A DNA stretch of 32,000 nucleotides from Pyrodictium occultum (GTDB taxonomy: Archaea > Thermoproteota > Thermoprotei_A > Sulfolobales > Pyrodictiaceae), in contig NZ_LNTB01000001.1 in the NCBI RefSeq assembly GCF_001462395.1, positions 990,001 to 1,022,000 of the forward strand. The letters are read 5' to 3'. This document shows positions 17,641 to 26,649 of this stretch, piece after piece. The stretch's first letter is position 1, and every line of letters begins with the position of its first letter. Below the pieces are notes generated by a model. That model had not been told where the DNA came from and ran no database searches. It saw only the letters and a program-made list of their open reading frames with translations. A program made the translations under genes and the position numbers.

Positions 17641-18765
17641 ATGGCCATGAAGGTGAACCCGTGGAGCAGGGTGCCTGTGCACAGGATCTACGTCTTCACC
17701 GAGCACGGGCTGACCCCGGGCCTCGTCGAGGCGTTCATGGAGTCTGCTGCTGAGGCCGGGTGCAGGGTTGTGGTGGACCCGTTTGTGGGCAGCGGCGTGG
17801 TGGCCGTGGAGGCTCAGGGCAGGTGCCTGGGCGCGGTGGGGGTGGACGCTAACCCCTGGGCGCTGGTGGTCTCCGCCGCTAAGACTAGGCCCGTGGACCC
17901 CGCCAGGCTCCTGGGCTGGGCCCGCGGGGCCCTCGAGGATGCGGGGGGCCTCGAGCCCCTTATCCCGTCCCCGAGGCTTAGCCGCTATCACCCTAGGGGT
18001 GTCCTCGAGGCGCTGGGGAGGCTCAGGGCCCTGGTGGAGGCCGCCGAGCCGCGGTGGAGGCCCCTCCTCCTAGCGGTCCACGCCTCTGTGGCGGAGAGGT
18101 ATAGTCTTCTCCGCCGCAGCCCGGCCCCCAGGCTCCGCCGCTCAGCCCCCAGGGCGGCGGCCGGGGACGTCTACAGGGAGTTCATGCGGGTGCTGGCCGG
18201 GGCGGCTGCGGACCTGGCGGGGCACAGCTTCTGCGGCCACGTCGACCTCGTGTGGGCGGACTCCACCCTGTGGATGCCTGGGAGGGTGTGCGGGGTGCTC
18301 ACAAGCCCGCCCTTCGCCAACAACATAGACTATATACGGCACTCCATGCTGGCGCTTCTGTGGGCGGGGCTCGCCGGGGGCAGCAGGGACCTCGGCTGGC
18401 TCAGGGGCATCCAGGCCCCCGGCTGCGAGGCCGCCGCCAGGGCGTGGAGGCCCGAGACGGAGGACCCGGAGGCCCGGAGGCTCGCGGAGGCGATAGGGGG
18501 CCGGAGGGCCCGCGGCTACAGGCGCTTCCTCCTACAGTACCTGCACTCCATGGAGAGGCACCTGGCGCTGCTGGCCGAGGCGCTGGAGTGGCAGGCATGG
18601 TACACCATAGGCGACAGCATACTCGGTGGAGCGTACATACCCACCCACAGGCTCCTGGCCCGCGCCGCCGAGAGGCACGGCCTCCGGGCAGCCCTAGAGC
18701 CCCTCGAGCCCAGGTGGAGGCCTGGTAGGAGCCTCTACCTCCTCAGGCTCGAGGCCAGGCGCTAG
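17641..18765 (+). CDS. Stand-alone DNA methyltransferase (N6-adenine/N4-cytosine class). Motif order is I...IV.
   Basis: Motif I is VVDPFVGSG (17776-17796), followed by GVDANPWA. Motif IV is TSPPFANNIDY (SPPF at 18304-18315). The SD-like gaggagg lies 6 nt before the ATG. G+C is very high; for example, 18121-18180 is 49/60 G+C. Confidence 0.8.
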   Translation: MAMKVNPWSRVPVHRIYVFTEHGLTPGLVEAFMESAAEAGCRVVVDPFVGSGVVAVEAQGRCLGAVGVDANPWALVVSAAKTRPVDPARLLGWARGALEDAGGLEPLIPSPRLSRYHPRGVLEALGRLRALVEAAEPRWRPLLLAVHASVAERYSLLRRSPAPRLRRSAPRAAAGDVYREFMRVLAGAAADLAGHSFCGHVDLVWADSTLWMPGRVCGVLTSPPFANNIDYIRHSMLALLWAGLAGGSRDLGWLRGIQAPGCEAAARAWRPETEDPEARRLAEAIGGRRARGYRRFLLQYLHSMERHLALLAEALEWQAWYTIGDSILGGAYIPTHRLLARAAERHGLRAALEPLEPRWRPGRSLYLLRLEARR

Positions 18766-18861
18766 CGCCCTGGCCGCCGTGTGGGAGAAAGCGGCGCTAC
18801 TTGCGGGGCACCGCACGGCCTCCAACGCTCCCGCAGCGCTTGAACCGTTCGCAGCAGAAGC

Positions 18862-18866
18862 TTTTT
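18862..18866 (+). terminator. T5 run in the convergent spacer between the methylase and the DUF499 ATPase
   Basis: gaagctttttagg is the only oligo-T tract in the 106-bp spacer. Confidence 0.3.
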
Positions 18867-18871
18867 AGGTT

Positions 18872-21800
18872 CTAGCCGGCTTCTAGCCTTATCTCCACGT
18901 GCCTTAGGCGTAGTGGGTACGTTGCAAGGAGCCTACTGTTGAGGATCTCCGCCAGATCTTTGAGGCTTAGAGGCTTTGAGCCCGTTTTCCTGGCGAACTC
19001 TACATCCACAGTTATCTCTGTTATTTCTCCAAGCCCTAACGCGAAGTTTATGAGCTTGTTGAGGAGCTCGTGGGTACCGCCCTTGGCACTTATCAACACG
19101 CTGGATCCGCTGGACTCAGACTTCACGAGCGCATCTACATGGCTACTGTAGTTGTAGTCTTTACCCTCAAGCTCCCGCATAGCCTCTAGGAAGGCCTTAA
19201 TGCCTGATATGGTCCTCCGTTCCACGGGGCCCGTATACTCCAGGCGTATACTGATCTCCTCTACAACCCGGTCGAGCGCGCCACTCCTTAGGATCTCCTC
19301 GCGGAGCTGGTAGGGGGTTAGGTCTTCCACTTCCAGGCGCAGATTCACCGGGGACGGTGGGGGCTTAGGTTCGGGGGGCTCCTCCCCGCCTTCACCGGTC
19401 TCCCCGCCTTCCCTGCCCTCGCACTGCCAAGTCTTCTCTTCAGGGTTCCATACCGGGTTCCTGCAGCCCTCCGGAGGCTTGGGCACGCACTTCAGCCCTT
19501 CCCCGCTCTCGAGTACACTACAGGCTTCCCGGGCCTCGGGAGAGCTGCACGGGGCTAGGGTTACGCCTTCCTGGGCAAGGGGCGGCCTCACCATGCACTT
19601 GGGGCCGGAGCTGGTTAGGGCCACTAGCCTGCCGCTCTCAACTAGATCCGCTATGCGCTCGACGACCTTGTTCTCTACCTCTAGGAGTATAACACTCGAG
19701 GGATCCTCCGTGAAGGCGGCTACCACCTCGTCGAGGCTTAAGGGGCGTCGTAAGGCACTGTATCGCCTGAGTATGACGTCCCTCATTAGGTATTCCGGGC
19801 TCACATCCTTCACGAGCTTACCCACGCCCAATAGGGCCTCCTCGACGGACTTGCAGAGGCCCTCCCGAGCCGTTGCTGAAGAGCTTTTTAAGGATATGCC
19901 ACCGAAGACTATGGAGCCGTCCGGCCTGGCGTCCAGCGGGTAGTATAGCTTCGAGTAGAGGGCTGAAATGTCGGAGCGCAGCTCTTTAACTAACTTATCC
20001 CTCATACGGTTAAGCTCGTCCACGTCTTCACGGTCTAAGCCGTAGTACTGCATTTGCTCCGGGCTTAAGAGCCTCGATATCGCTGTAAGCCTTGCTATGG
20101 TTTCGATCAGTGTTTCGTAGAGCCTCTCGTCGGGGATTAGGTAGAGCACAGTGTTCCGGTGACGCCGGTATACCCCGCCGGCCTGGCTGTACGTTGAGAA
20201 ACGCTGTAGCAACTCATCCAGCTTTGACCCGCCAGCCGCGACGTCGGGATCCTCCGGGTCTAGCAGGACGAGCTTTACGCGCGTGGAATCCTCTATATCG
20301 CCGGGGTGCCGGGGCCACACTACAACTTTACACCACCGAACCGGCTTGGCGATCCTATCCAGCTCGCTCCTCAGCTTGTCCCTAACGTACTCCCTACTTT
20401 TCTTGATTATCTCGTTTGCCAGGCGCTTAACTAGGGCGTACACGTTTGCCCGGGTCTTAACCATGTAGAGGGGCTCGCCGTGGCGAGTGCTTCTGTGGAT
20501 GTGTGCAGCGCTCTCTACGAGATAGTCTAGAACCTGCCTAGTGAGCTGCGGGGTGACGCCCCTGATAGGCGTCGCCGAGCCTAGCGCAACCTCCTCGGCG
20601 CTCGAGGGCTTCCCAGCGGCGCTCCTAACCAGTACTGCAGAGTAGACTAGCGACGCTATGGGGGGCATCCCCTCCCGCGTGTGGTGCTCATCGGCCTCCT
20701 CCACTACCTCAATGTCGTGGGAGACCGCTCTTCTGAGGCTTCTCAAGTCCTCGTTTCTAGAGAGCAGCTCGTCTAATATCTCCCTCTTAGTAGCGTCTAC
20801 GTCGCCTAGTAGGACTAAGTCGTAGGCGTCCCCCTTACGTAGCCTCCAATGGAGGGTCCAGGCCATTAGCCTGAGGATATCCCTTGTGCCCTGAAACTCT
20901 GGGATCTCCGCCAGCTCCTTGTAGAGGACGTCTACCAGGTAGGGGTGGAAGGGGTAGCTCTTCACAATCCTCGTTTCATACTCCGTCCTGGCGGCCTCAG
21001 ACGGGAAGAAGGCGCTCTCTTTAGAGTAGAAGTCGGCGTATTCACGCGCGACGGAGCGCGCTACGTCAGGGTCAACCTCTCTTAGAAGAGCGGCTTTTAG
21101 GACGGCCGCGGCGTCGCGGTAGCCCACTATCGACGACGTAGAGGCCACTCTCTTGACGCTAGAGAGTAGCCCCAAAATCCTCTTAGTCTCCTCGACGTAG
21201 CCATACTGCTGGGGGGTTGCTACGGCTAGCACTGCGTAATTAGAATTGGCTACGGCTACTGCGAGGTTCTGGAGGAACATTTGCAGCCCGTCGGCCTCAC
21301 TCCTAATGCTTTCGTCTCTAGAAAGCTCGAGGTTGCGGAGGTACATAGCTAGCTCGTCGATGAGTATCACGGGTCTAACGCCGGCCTCCTCGATTGCGGC
21401 TAGCAGCCTTCCTATCTCCTCGTGGCCTGGCACTAGTTCGCGGTAGCGGCGGATCCTCTGCAGAGCGCTGGCGCCCAGGCCTGCCGAGCGTGCTAGCTCC
21501 TCGAGTATGAAGGTCCACGCGTTTGGGGCTCCATACCGCTCCCTAAGCGTTATAGGGTCGACCGCAGAGCCGTCGAAAACTGCCACCGCGGAGCGTATGT
21601 TGACTGGGCCCTCTACCCCCACCTCTCTAAGGAACTCTCTCAGCCTGCGGCTCTTCAGGGCTTCGGAGAACCTAGCGGCGAGGTGGTAAATGGCTAGTAG
21701 AGTGTGGGACTTACCCCCGCCAAATCCTGTGTGGAGGAGTACGACCGGCTCGTAAGGGCCCCCGCGGAGGAGCCTCTTTAGAACGGTCCCGAGGACCTGC

Positions 21801-21991
21801 CTTAAGCCCTCCGAGAAGTAAGTGCGGTCAAAGAACTTAACAGGGTCCCGGTAGCGCTCATCTACGCATTCGTACCCCCCGCTGGAGCAGCCGTAGTGGA
21901 CGTACCATAGCTGCACGACGAAGCTGGCGCCGGTTATTCGCCCCTCACGTATCTCCTCAAACGCAACCCAGCCGGCACGGCCTGAAGACAC
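18872..21991 (-). CDS. DUF499-type (BrxC/PglY-like) P-loop ATPase, 1039 aa
   Basis: YRDPVKFFDRTYFSEGLRQVLGTVLKRL...VVLLHTGFGGGKSHTLLAIYHL matches my memory of the DUF499 N-terminal consensus. Walker A GFGGGKSH is at 21704-21727 and Walker B is VILIDELAMYL. The GTG start lies 15 nt after the upstream methylase stop, preceded by gggggtgg. Confidence 0.85.
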   Translation of the reverse strand: MSSGRAGWVAFEEIREGRITGASFVVQLWYVHYGCSSGGYECVDERYRDPVKFFDRTYFSEGLRQVLGTVLKRLLRGGPYEPVVLLHTGFGGGKSHTLLAIYHLAARFSEALKSRRLREFLREVGVEGPVNIRSAVAVFDGSAVDPITLRERYGAPNAWTFILEELARSAGLGASALQRIRRYRELVPGHEEIGRLLAAIEEAGVRPVILIDELAMYLRNLELSRDESIRSEADGLQMFLQNLAVAVANSNYAVLAVATPQQYGYVEETKRILGLLSSVKRVASTSSIVGYRDAAAVLKAALLREVDPDVARSVAREYADFYSKESAFFPSEAARTEYETRIVKSYPFHPYLVDVLYKELAEIPEFQGTRDILRLMAWTLHWRLRKGDAYDLVLLGDVDATKREILDELLSRNEDLRSLRRAVSHDIEVVEEADEHHTREGMPPIASLVYSAVLVRSAAGKPSSAEEVALGSATPIRGVTPQLTRQVLDYLVESAAHIHRSTRHGEPLYMVKTRANVYALVKRLANEIIKKSREYVRDKLRSELDRIAKPVRWCKVVVWPRHPGDIEDSTRVKLVLLDPEDPDVAAGGSKLDELLQRFSTYSQAGGVYRRHRNTVLYLIPDERLYETLIETIARLTAISRLLSPEQMQYYGLDREDVDELNRMRDKLVKELRSDISALYSKLYYPLDARPDGSIVFGGISLKSSSATAREGLCKSVEEALLGVGKLVKDVSPEYLMRDVILRRYSALRRPLSLDEVVAAFTEDPSSVILLEVENKVVERIADLVESGRLVALTSSGPKCMVRPPLAQEGVTLAPCSSPEAREACSVLESGEGLKCVPKPPEGCRNPVWNPEEKTWQCEGREGGETGEGGEEPPEPKPPPSPVNLRLEVEDLTPYQLREEILRSGALDRVVEEISIRLEYTGPVERRTISGIKAFLEAMRELEGKDYNYSSHVDALVKSESSGSSVLISAKGGTHELLNKLINFALGLGEITEITVDVEFARKTGSKPLSLKDLAEILNSRLLATYPLRLRHVEIRLEAG

Positions 21992-22006
21992 TACGAGCCA
22001 CCCCCG

Positions 22007-24652
22007 CTAACGGTCGTTTCTCATGTAGTCAAGGAGGCTGCGCTGCCCGGGAGCGCTTGAAGCCCCGCGGCCGTAGGGCTTGCCGCGTATACACACCTCA
22101 TATATACCCTGGAGAGCCTTCTTCTCATCTCCGCTGCTGTCCTCCAGCAGGACCTCTACCAGCCTGCAGACGCTAGCGCTGAGCCCGTAGCCCGCCTCCC
22201 TGAGGGCTTCTACCGCGCTGTCAACGCCGGAGGCTAGGAACCTTCTAACAGCTACTGCGAGGGCCTCGACTAGCGAGTCAGGCTTGATTGGGAGGCTGAT
22301 CTCGTTTAAGCTTCTGATGGAGTACACCTTCCTCCCGCCCGAGGCCCTGGATCCCCGGGTGAACCTCGCGATGAACTCCTCGTGGCTGTACCCGGTCGCG
22401 TACCCCAGCCTCCTCAAGTCGTCGTACTCGGGCTCGCCGTGTACGATGCGCGCCAGGAAGTACATCATTGTAACCTTGTCAACCTCGGCTTTGAGCACCT
22501 CATTAGCTATAACGTCGGACGCTAGGCTGCTGGCTTCATCTATAATGCTCTTAACGCTGACCGGCCGCCCGTCAGGGGTGAGCAGGGGCCAGCAGCCGCC
22601 GGCTAGCTTGAATGCGGCCCCGACGCCGGCCATGAACGCGTCCACGGGCCCAAGGCCTAAGCGTAGCACGTTCCTAACCGCCTCTTCAACAGCGCTTCTC
22701 AACTTATGCTGAAACCTCGCGTCGAAGAAGCACCTGCTGCCCTTCTCTCTCGGGACTGCCCCTATTATCAGCATAGTCCTAGCCGCAGCCTTGCCTACTA
22801 TATGCTGGCTCTTGGGCTGCTCCGAGGCAACCCCCCATACCCCGACAGGCTTCCACCCAGCCTCGAGGATAGCCTTGAACATAGCGTAGAGGCCTTCACT
22901 GCTGCGGTGAGCGTACATAACGGCAAGCCTCTTAGCCCCGAGCTCCCGGACAATGCTTAAAGCGTCTGTGAGCCTCTCCTCGAACCACGCGCCATCCTTA
23001 CCCTGGGCACGGTTAACAACAATCTCGCCATCCTTAGGCGTAACATCCCAGGTGAAGGCCTCAGGGTACAGGTCGCCGATGCTCCGCTTGAGCCACACAT
23101 AGAAGAAGTCGCTAAGCTCACCGTACTGAACGTTATCATAGTAGGGCGGGTCAGCGACAACATAGTCAACCCTATCGACCCCGGCATAGGTGGCTGCATC
23201 GGAGGCATCGCCCAGGACAACCTCGATACCTGAATTAGAGCCCTCCAAAAGGCTCACGATACGCTCGAGAGCCCTGACAACACCCACACGGCCAAAGAAG
23301 GCCCAGCTAAGCAGATCGTTTCGGCTTTTCCCGGGCACTATATCGCCCTCCCCGAAGTCGTCGCCAAACTGGTAAGTGTGACGGCTGAAAGTGTGACCTA
23401 TAGATCCCCTACCGTAGGGATCCCATATCGTTATGGCCGAGTTGTAGTCGAGCAGCCTCCCATGCCCGATGGCCAGGTATGTTGTAACAGCCCTGGCGTA
23501 CTCCCTGTCGTACCCTTCTCGGAGCATTTCGCTATACGCCTCCCTGATGTACTTAACCATGGCTGCATGGAGTAGGAGCTGCCGCGCGTTAAACAGCTTG
23601 TAGAATCTATCCATGCCGCGCAGTAGTACTTCTCGGGTTTTCACGCCTTCCGGTATGGCCTCTATGGGTATGAGGTCCTCTGCTACTAGCTCGCCCCAGT
23701 GGTTTCGGAGGTGCTCCTCCGCCCTCCTGTAGGCTTCTATAATTTCAGGGGTGGGCTCCACGTACGTGCCGTCCTCGAGCTTTACGGCCGCCAGCACCGC
23801 GGGGTGGTGGCCGTAGAGCCCCTCCTCCTCCCACTTCTTCATTGCCTCCCTGTACTGCCTCTGCAGCTCTTTTGAGTCGAGTATGGACCGGGGGCATTTG
23901 AGCCGTTTCCTGTGTATTGTGGAGTATTGCTCCTTGGCTTTGTTTACATCGCTGACGCTCACGATTCTGAGTACCGGGTCTCCTTTGCTGTCGAATCCCT
24001 CCAGCTTCAAGGCGATTTTTCTGTTTCTGGACAGTATTGGATTGGCTAGGCTGGGCATTCTGACTCCTTCTGGGCACGTGTAGACCCGCACCCACACGTA
24101 GCTGGTCGGCCTCCCTTTGGGGTGCGGGGGGTAGAACTGCTCGAGCTCCCTCCTCACATTGCCGGCCAGCCACTCCGCCCAGCGCCTGACATCCTCTACC
24201 AGCTTTTTCCCGTACCTTAGGGGGTACTCTAGTGTCGCCTTGAGGATTATGTAGGCTACTGGGTTGTACTCCACGGCTACGACCTTCTTGAAGCCCATGC
24301 GTAGGGCCTCGAATGCTATGCTGCCTCCCCCGGAGAACAGGTCTAGGAGAACGGAGTCCCCGGCGCGGCTGTGCCTGAACACCCAGTCCCTGTTCACGGC
24401 ATAGTTGTACGCGGGTCTCGGCAGGTTAGGCGTGAGCCTCACGGCGTTCAGGAATTCTGCCACGAAGCTTCTTGAAGGGGGCCCGTTAACGTCGACTGCC
24501 AGGGCTGCTATTGTAGCCCTGCTAGCTGCCAGGGGCCTCCGGGCCCACCAGAGGTGGAGGTAGAAGGACGGAGGAAAGAGTGCAGCTCTCTCCCTCTGCG
24601 ATTCTCTGCTAGCGTTTTCCGTGGGGAAGTAATACGCTATAAGAGGCTCCAA
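22007..24652 (-). CDS. DUF1156-type DNA methyltransferase (putative N6-adenine), 881 aa
   Basis: The N-terminal DUF1156 signature FYLHLWWARRPLAASRA is at 24524-24556. Motif I is DLFSGGG (24323-24343), followed by VAVEYNPVA. Motif IV is VVADPPYYDNVQYGELSDFFYVWLK (DPPY at 23141-23152). The start is TTG. Confidence 0.9.
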   Translation of the reverse strand: MEPLIAYYFPTENASRESQRERAALFPPSFYLHLWWARRPLAASRATIAALAVDVNGPPSRSFVAEFLNAVRLTPNLPRPAYNYAVNRDWVFRHSRAGDSVLLDLFSGGGSIAFEALRMGFKKVVAVEYNPVAYIILKATLEYPLRYGKKLVEDVRRWAEWLAGNVRRELEQFYPPHPKGRPTSYVWVRVYTCPEGVRMPSLANPILSRNRKIALKLEGFDSKGDPVLRIVSVSDVNKAKEQYSTIHRKRLKCPRSILDSKELQRQYREAMKKWEEEGLYGHHPAVLAAVKLEDGTYVEPTPEIIEAYRRAEEHLRNHWGELVAEDLIPIEAIPEGVKTREVLLRGMDRFYKLFNARQLLLHAAMVKYIREAYSEMLREGYDREYARAVTTYLAIGHGRLLDYNSAITIWDPYGRGSIGHTFSRHTYQFGDDFGEGDIVPGKSRNDLLSWAFFGRVGVVRALERIVSLLEGSNSGIEVVLGDASDAATYAGVDRVDYVVADPPYYDNVQYGELSDFFYVWLKRSIGDLYPEAFTWDVTPKDGEIVVNRAQGKDGAWFEERLTDALSIVRELGAKRLAVMYAHRSSEGLYAMFKAILEAGWKPVGVWGVASEQPKSQHIVGKAAARTMLIIGAVPREKGSRCFFDARFQHKLRSAVEEAVRNVLRLGLGPVDAFMAGVGAAFKLAGGCWPLLTPDGRPVSVKSIIDEASSLASDVIANEVLKAEVDKVTMMYFLARIVHGEPEYDDLRRLGYATGYSHEEFIARFTRGSRASGGRKVYSIRSLNEISLPIKPDSLVEALAVAVRRFLASGVDSAVEALREAGYGLSASVCRLVEVLLEDSSGDEKKALQGIYEVCIRGKPYGRGASSAPGQRSLLDYMRNDR

Positions 24653-24732
24653 GCCCCAGCGTCACCCTCAGGGCTCCCGGGCGCACTTAGGAGCTATAAT
24701 AGGGGGTTTGATATACTGTATTTAAGGATTCG
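24653..24732. promoter_or_regulatory. Divergent promoter region with two TATA-like boxes and a 9-bp palindrome
   Basis: ctataata is at 24694-24701 and tatttaag at 24719-24726. The palindrome atactgtat is at 24713-21. This is the only intergenic DNA between the methylase-ATPase operon and the nuclease-helicase operon. Confidence 0.5.
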
Positions 24733-26628
24733 TTGGTTGATCTGTTAAATGCCGGCTACTCTGGGGGCGAAGATTCATTGCTCATTGAAAAGTATATAGA
24801 GTCCGCCACGAAACGGCCTGGTTGCTCGGATTACGCGAGCAGGCTCCTAGACGCCACAAATCACATCGTTAGGGCTAAGAGTGTTGCAACGGCCGCCGCT
24901 CGATGCGTGTTTATGGCGCGCCTCGCGGAGACCCTGGGGATCCGGGGCTTCTACCACTCCGTCCTGCCGGGTAAGGGTGAGGTTATCCACTTAGCTCTGG
25001 CTCTCGCTTTCCCGGAAGTATTCCGGGAAAGCGTTAGGGGCGGAAAAGTCGACTTTGAGCATAATGCTGAGCGAGCTCTGGAGGCCTTGAAGGCCAACGG
25101 AGTCCTCGACTCCGGGCGGCTTGGAATAGGGGGCGAGGATGAGGTTGTTGGGATGACGGCTGAGCTGGCTAGGAGTGGCGTGGAATTCGCCAGGAAAGCG
25201 TTTGAAGCCCTGGCCGGGGATGAGGCTGAGGAGGCCCTGTCCCGTAGCCGCGTTATTGTTGAGCAGCACCTGATAAGCTATAGGCTCCATGTCTGGGCGG
25301 TTCCCGATGTTATTGTCGAGGATCCCGTGGGCCGCTACGCGGCTGTAATAGAGTGGAAAACGTACGCACCCGACCCCTCTAAAGCCCCCAATGTGGATAG
25401 AGCGGACTTAGCTCAGGCCTACGTCTATGCAATGGTTGAAGCTGAGAGGCTCGGGCTGATTAGAGATTATCACCGAGAACCTTGGAGGGCGTTCGATGAC
25501 TACGTCCACGCGGTCCTGGGCAGGGAGTTCCAGGGCAGTGGGGCTCGGGTAATACCTGGCATCGTGAGGCCAAGCCCCACGGGCAAGGCCTCGAGAATTG
25601 TAGACATCCACCCCCTCCTTTGCCGCGATGAGGATAAAAAGAAGAATAGATGCGACTACAGCGAGTTGAAAAAACTTCTTGCACGCATTGTACTGGCTGC
25701 CGAGCACTTAACTCTCTCAGTAACCGATCCGAGGCGCCACTTGAAAAACGCGGGTAACGTGGAGGCTTTGTGCAGCGTTCGAACTAAGGGCGGCATGCGC
25801 CCGGTCTTTAGGCGTGTGCCCGACCCATTTAGTTATGGCGGGATAGAGACGAGGATGCCCATGGGCAACCCTACGCGCACCCCATTGAAGTGGCCCTGCC
25901 TGGTATGCCCCGATAACGTGAGGGAGGCGTGCAGCCTCTACGTCATGAAAGGAGGCAACCTCTACACCCCCGATTTCGCTAAATTCTTCAAGGTAATCAA
26001 TAAGGAGGCTTGGAAGGCTCGCTTCGCCATATACTCGTACCGCGAGAATGCTTTGGCCCCGTATAAGAGCCTCAGAGAGCTGGCCTTACACTATGGCATC
26101 AGCACCAGGGTTCTATCAGAGGGCTCTAGCATCTACAGGTTAGACCTGTTCGACGAGGCATACGTCGACGGGGATGAGCTAGTTTTAACTAGGCGTCCGC
26201 TTCGCTGGGAGATCGAGAAGAACCACCTGTTCACGCTCCGCGAGGGGAAGCCTGTAGCCGTGTTCCTGAACGAGGAAAACGTGCGTGACCCGCTCCTCCG
26301 GATTAGCTTCCACGGAACTGTAAGCAGCGTAAGCTATAACACGGAGAGGGATATGGTCGAGGTTAGGGTTGCGCCGGCTAACAAGCTCTCCAGGATTTAC
26401 TCTATGATATTCGAGAGGTATTATAACGAATATCAGCAAGCATTCTATAACGTTGTAGCGCTTGAGGTTAACGTTGAACTGACACAGCTGGAGCTTCTCG
26501 GTGTGACGGGCTGGGAACTGGGGACTGCCGTGAAGGGGGCTAAGGCCCTAGCCAAGGCTGGGAGCGGCGGGGAGGACCTGGATGATGAGGACAAGCTGGC
26601 CCTACTCTTCGGGGGAGTGAAAGTGTAG
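24733..26628 (+). CDS. Cas4/RecB-like PD-(D/E)xK nuclease domain protein with a Cys cluster and a C-terminal beta-rich domain, 631 aa (Dna2 N-terminal-half-like)
   Basis: The ordered motifs are C58 (AARCVFMARL); GKGEVIH; VPD192VIVED...AVIE207WK209 (25306-25359); Q228AYVY232 (from 25414); and C389-x2-C392-x7-C400 (25897-25932). The exact start is uncertain, because TTG 24733 lies only 7 nt after one TATA-like box. The CDS call is firm, but the function is inferred from motifs. Confidence 0.65.
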   Translation: MVDLLNAGYSGGEDSLLIEKYIESATKRPGCSDYASRLLDATNHIVRAKSVATAAARCVFMARLAETLGIRGFYHSVLPGKGEVIHLALALAFPEVFRESVRGGKVDFEHNAERALEALKANGVLDSGRLGIGGEDEVVGMTAELARSGVEFARKAFEALAGDEAEEALSRSRVIVEQHLISYRLHVWAVPDVIVEDPVGRYAAVIEWKTYAPDPSKAPNVDRADLAQAYVYAMVEAERLGLIRDYHREPWRAFDDYVHAVLGREFQGSGARVIPGIVRPSPTGKASRIVDIHPLLCRDEDKKKNRCDYSELKKLLARIVLAAEHLTLSVTDPRRHLKNAGNVEALCSVRTKGGMRPVFRRVPDPFSYGGIETRMPMGNPTRTPLKWPCLVCPDNVREACSLYVMKGGNLYTPDFAKFFKVINKEAWKARFAIYSYRENALAPYKSLRELALHYGISTRVLSEGSSIYRLDLFDEAYVDGDELVLTRRPLRWEIEKNHLFTLREGKPVAVFLNEENVRDPLLRISFHGTVSSVSYNTERDMVEVRVAPANKLSRIYSMIFERYYNEYQQAFYNVVALEVNVELTQLELLGVTGWELGTAVKGAKALAKAGSGGEDLDDEDKLALLFGGVKV

Positions 26629-26649
26629 CTAGACGTGGGGTGAAGGTTA

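Noticed and set aside
17102-17650. 182-aa plus-strand ORF across the aspS remnant. Related ORFs are at 17205-17459, 17430-17648 and 17611-17991.
   Set aside because: The 182-aa ORF is antisense to the recognisable AspRS-derived sequence, and the last one overlaps the methylase. Their compositions are implausible and they carry no motifs.
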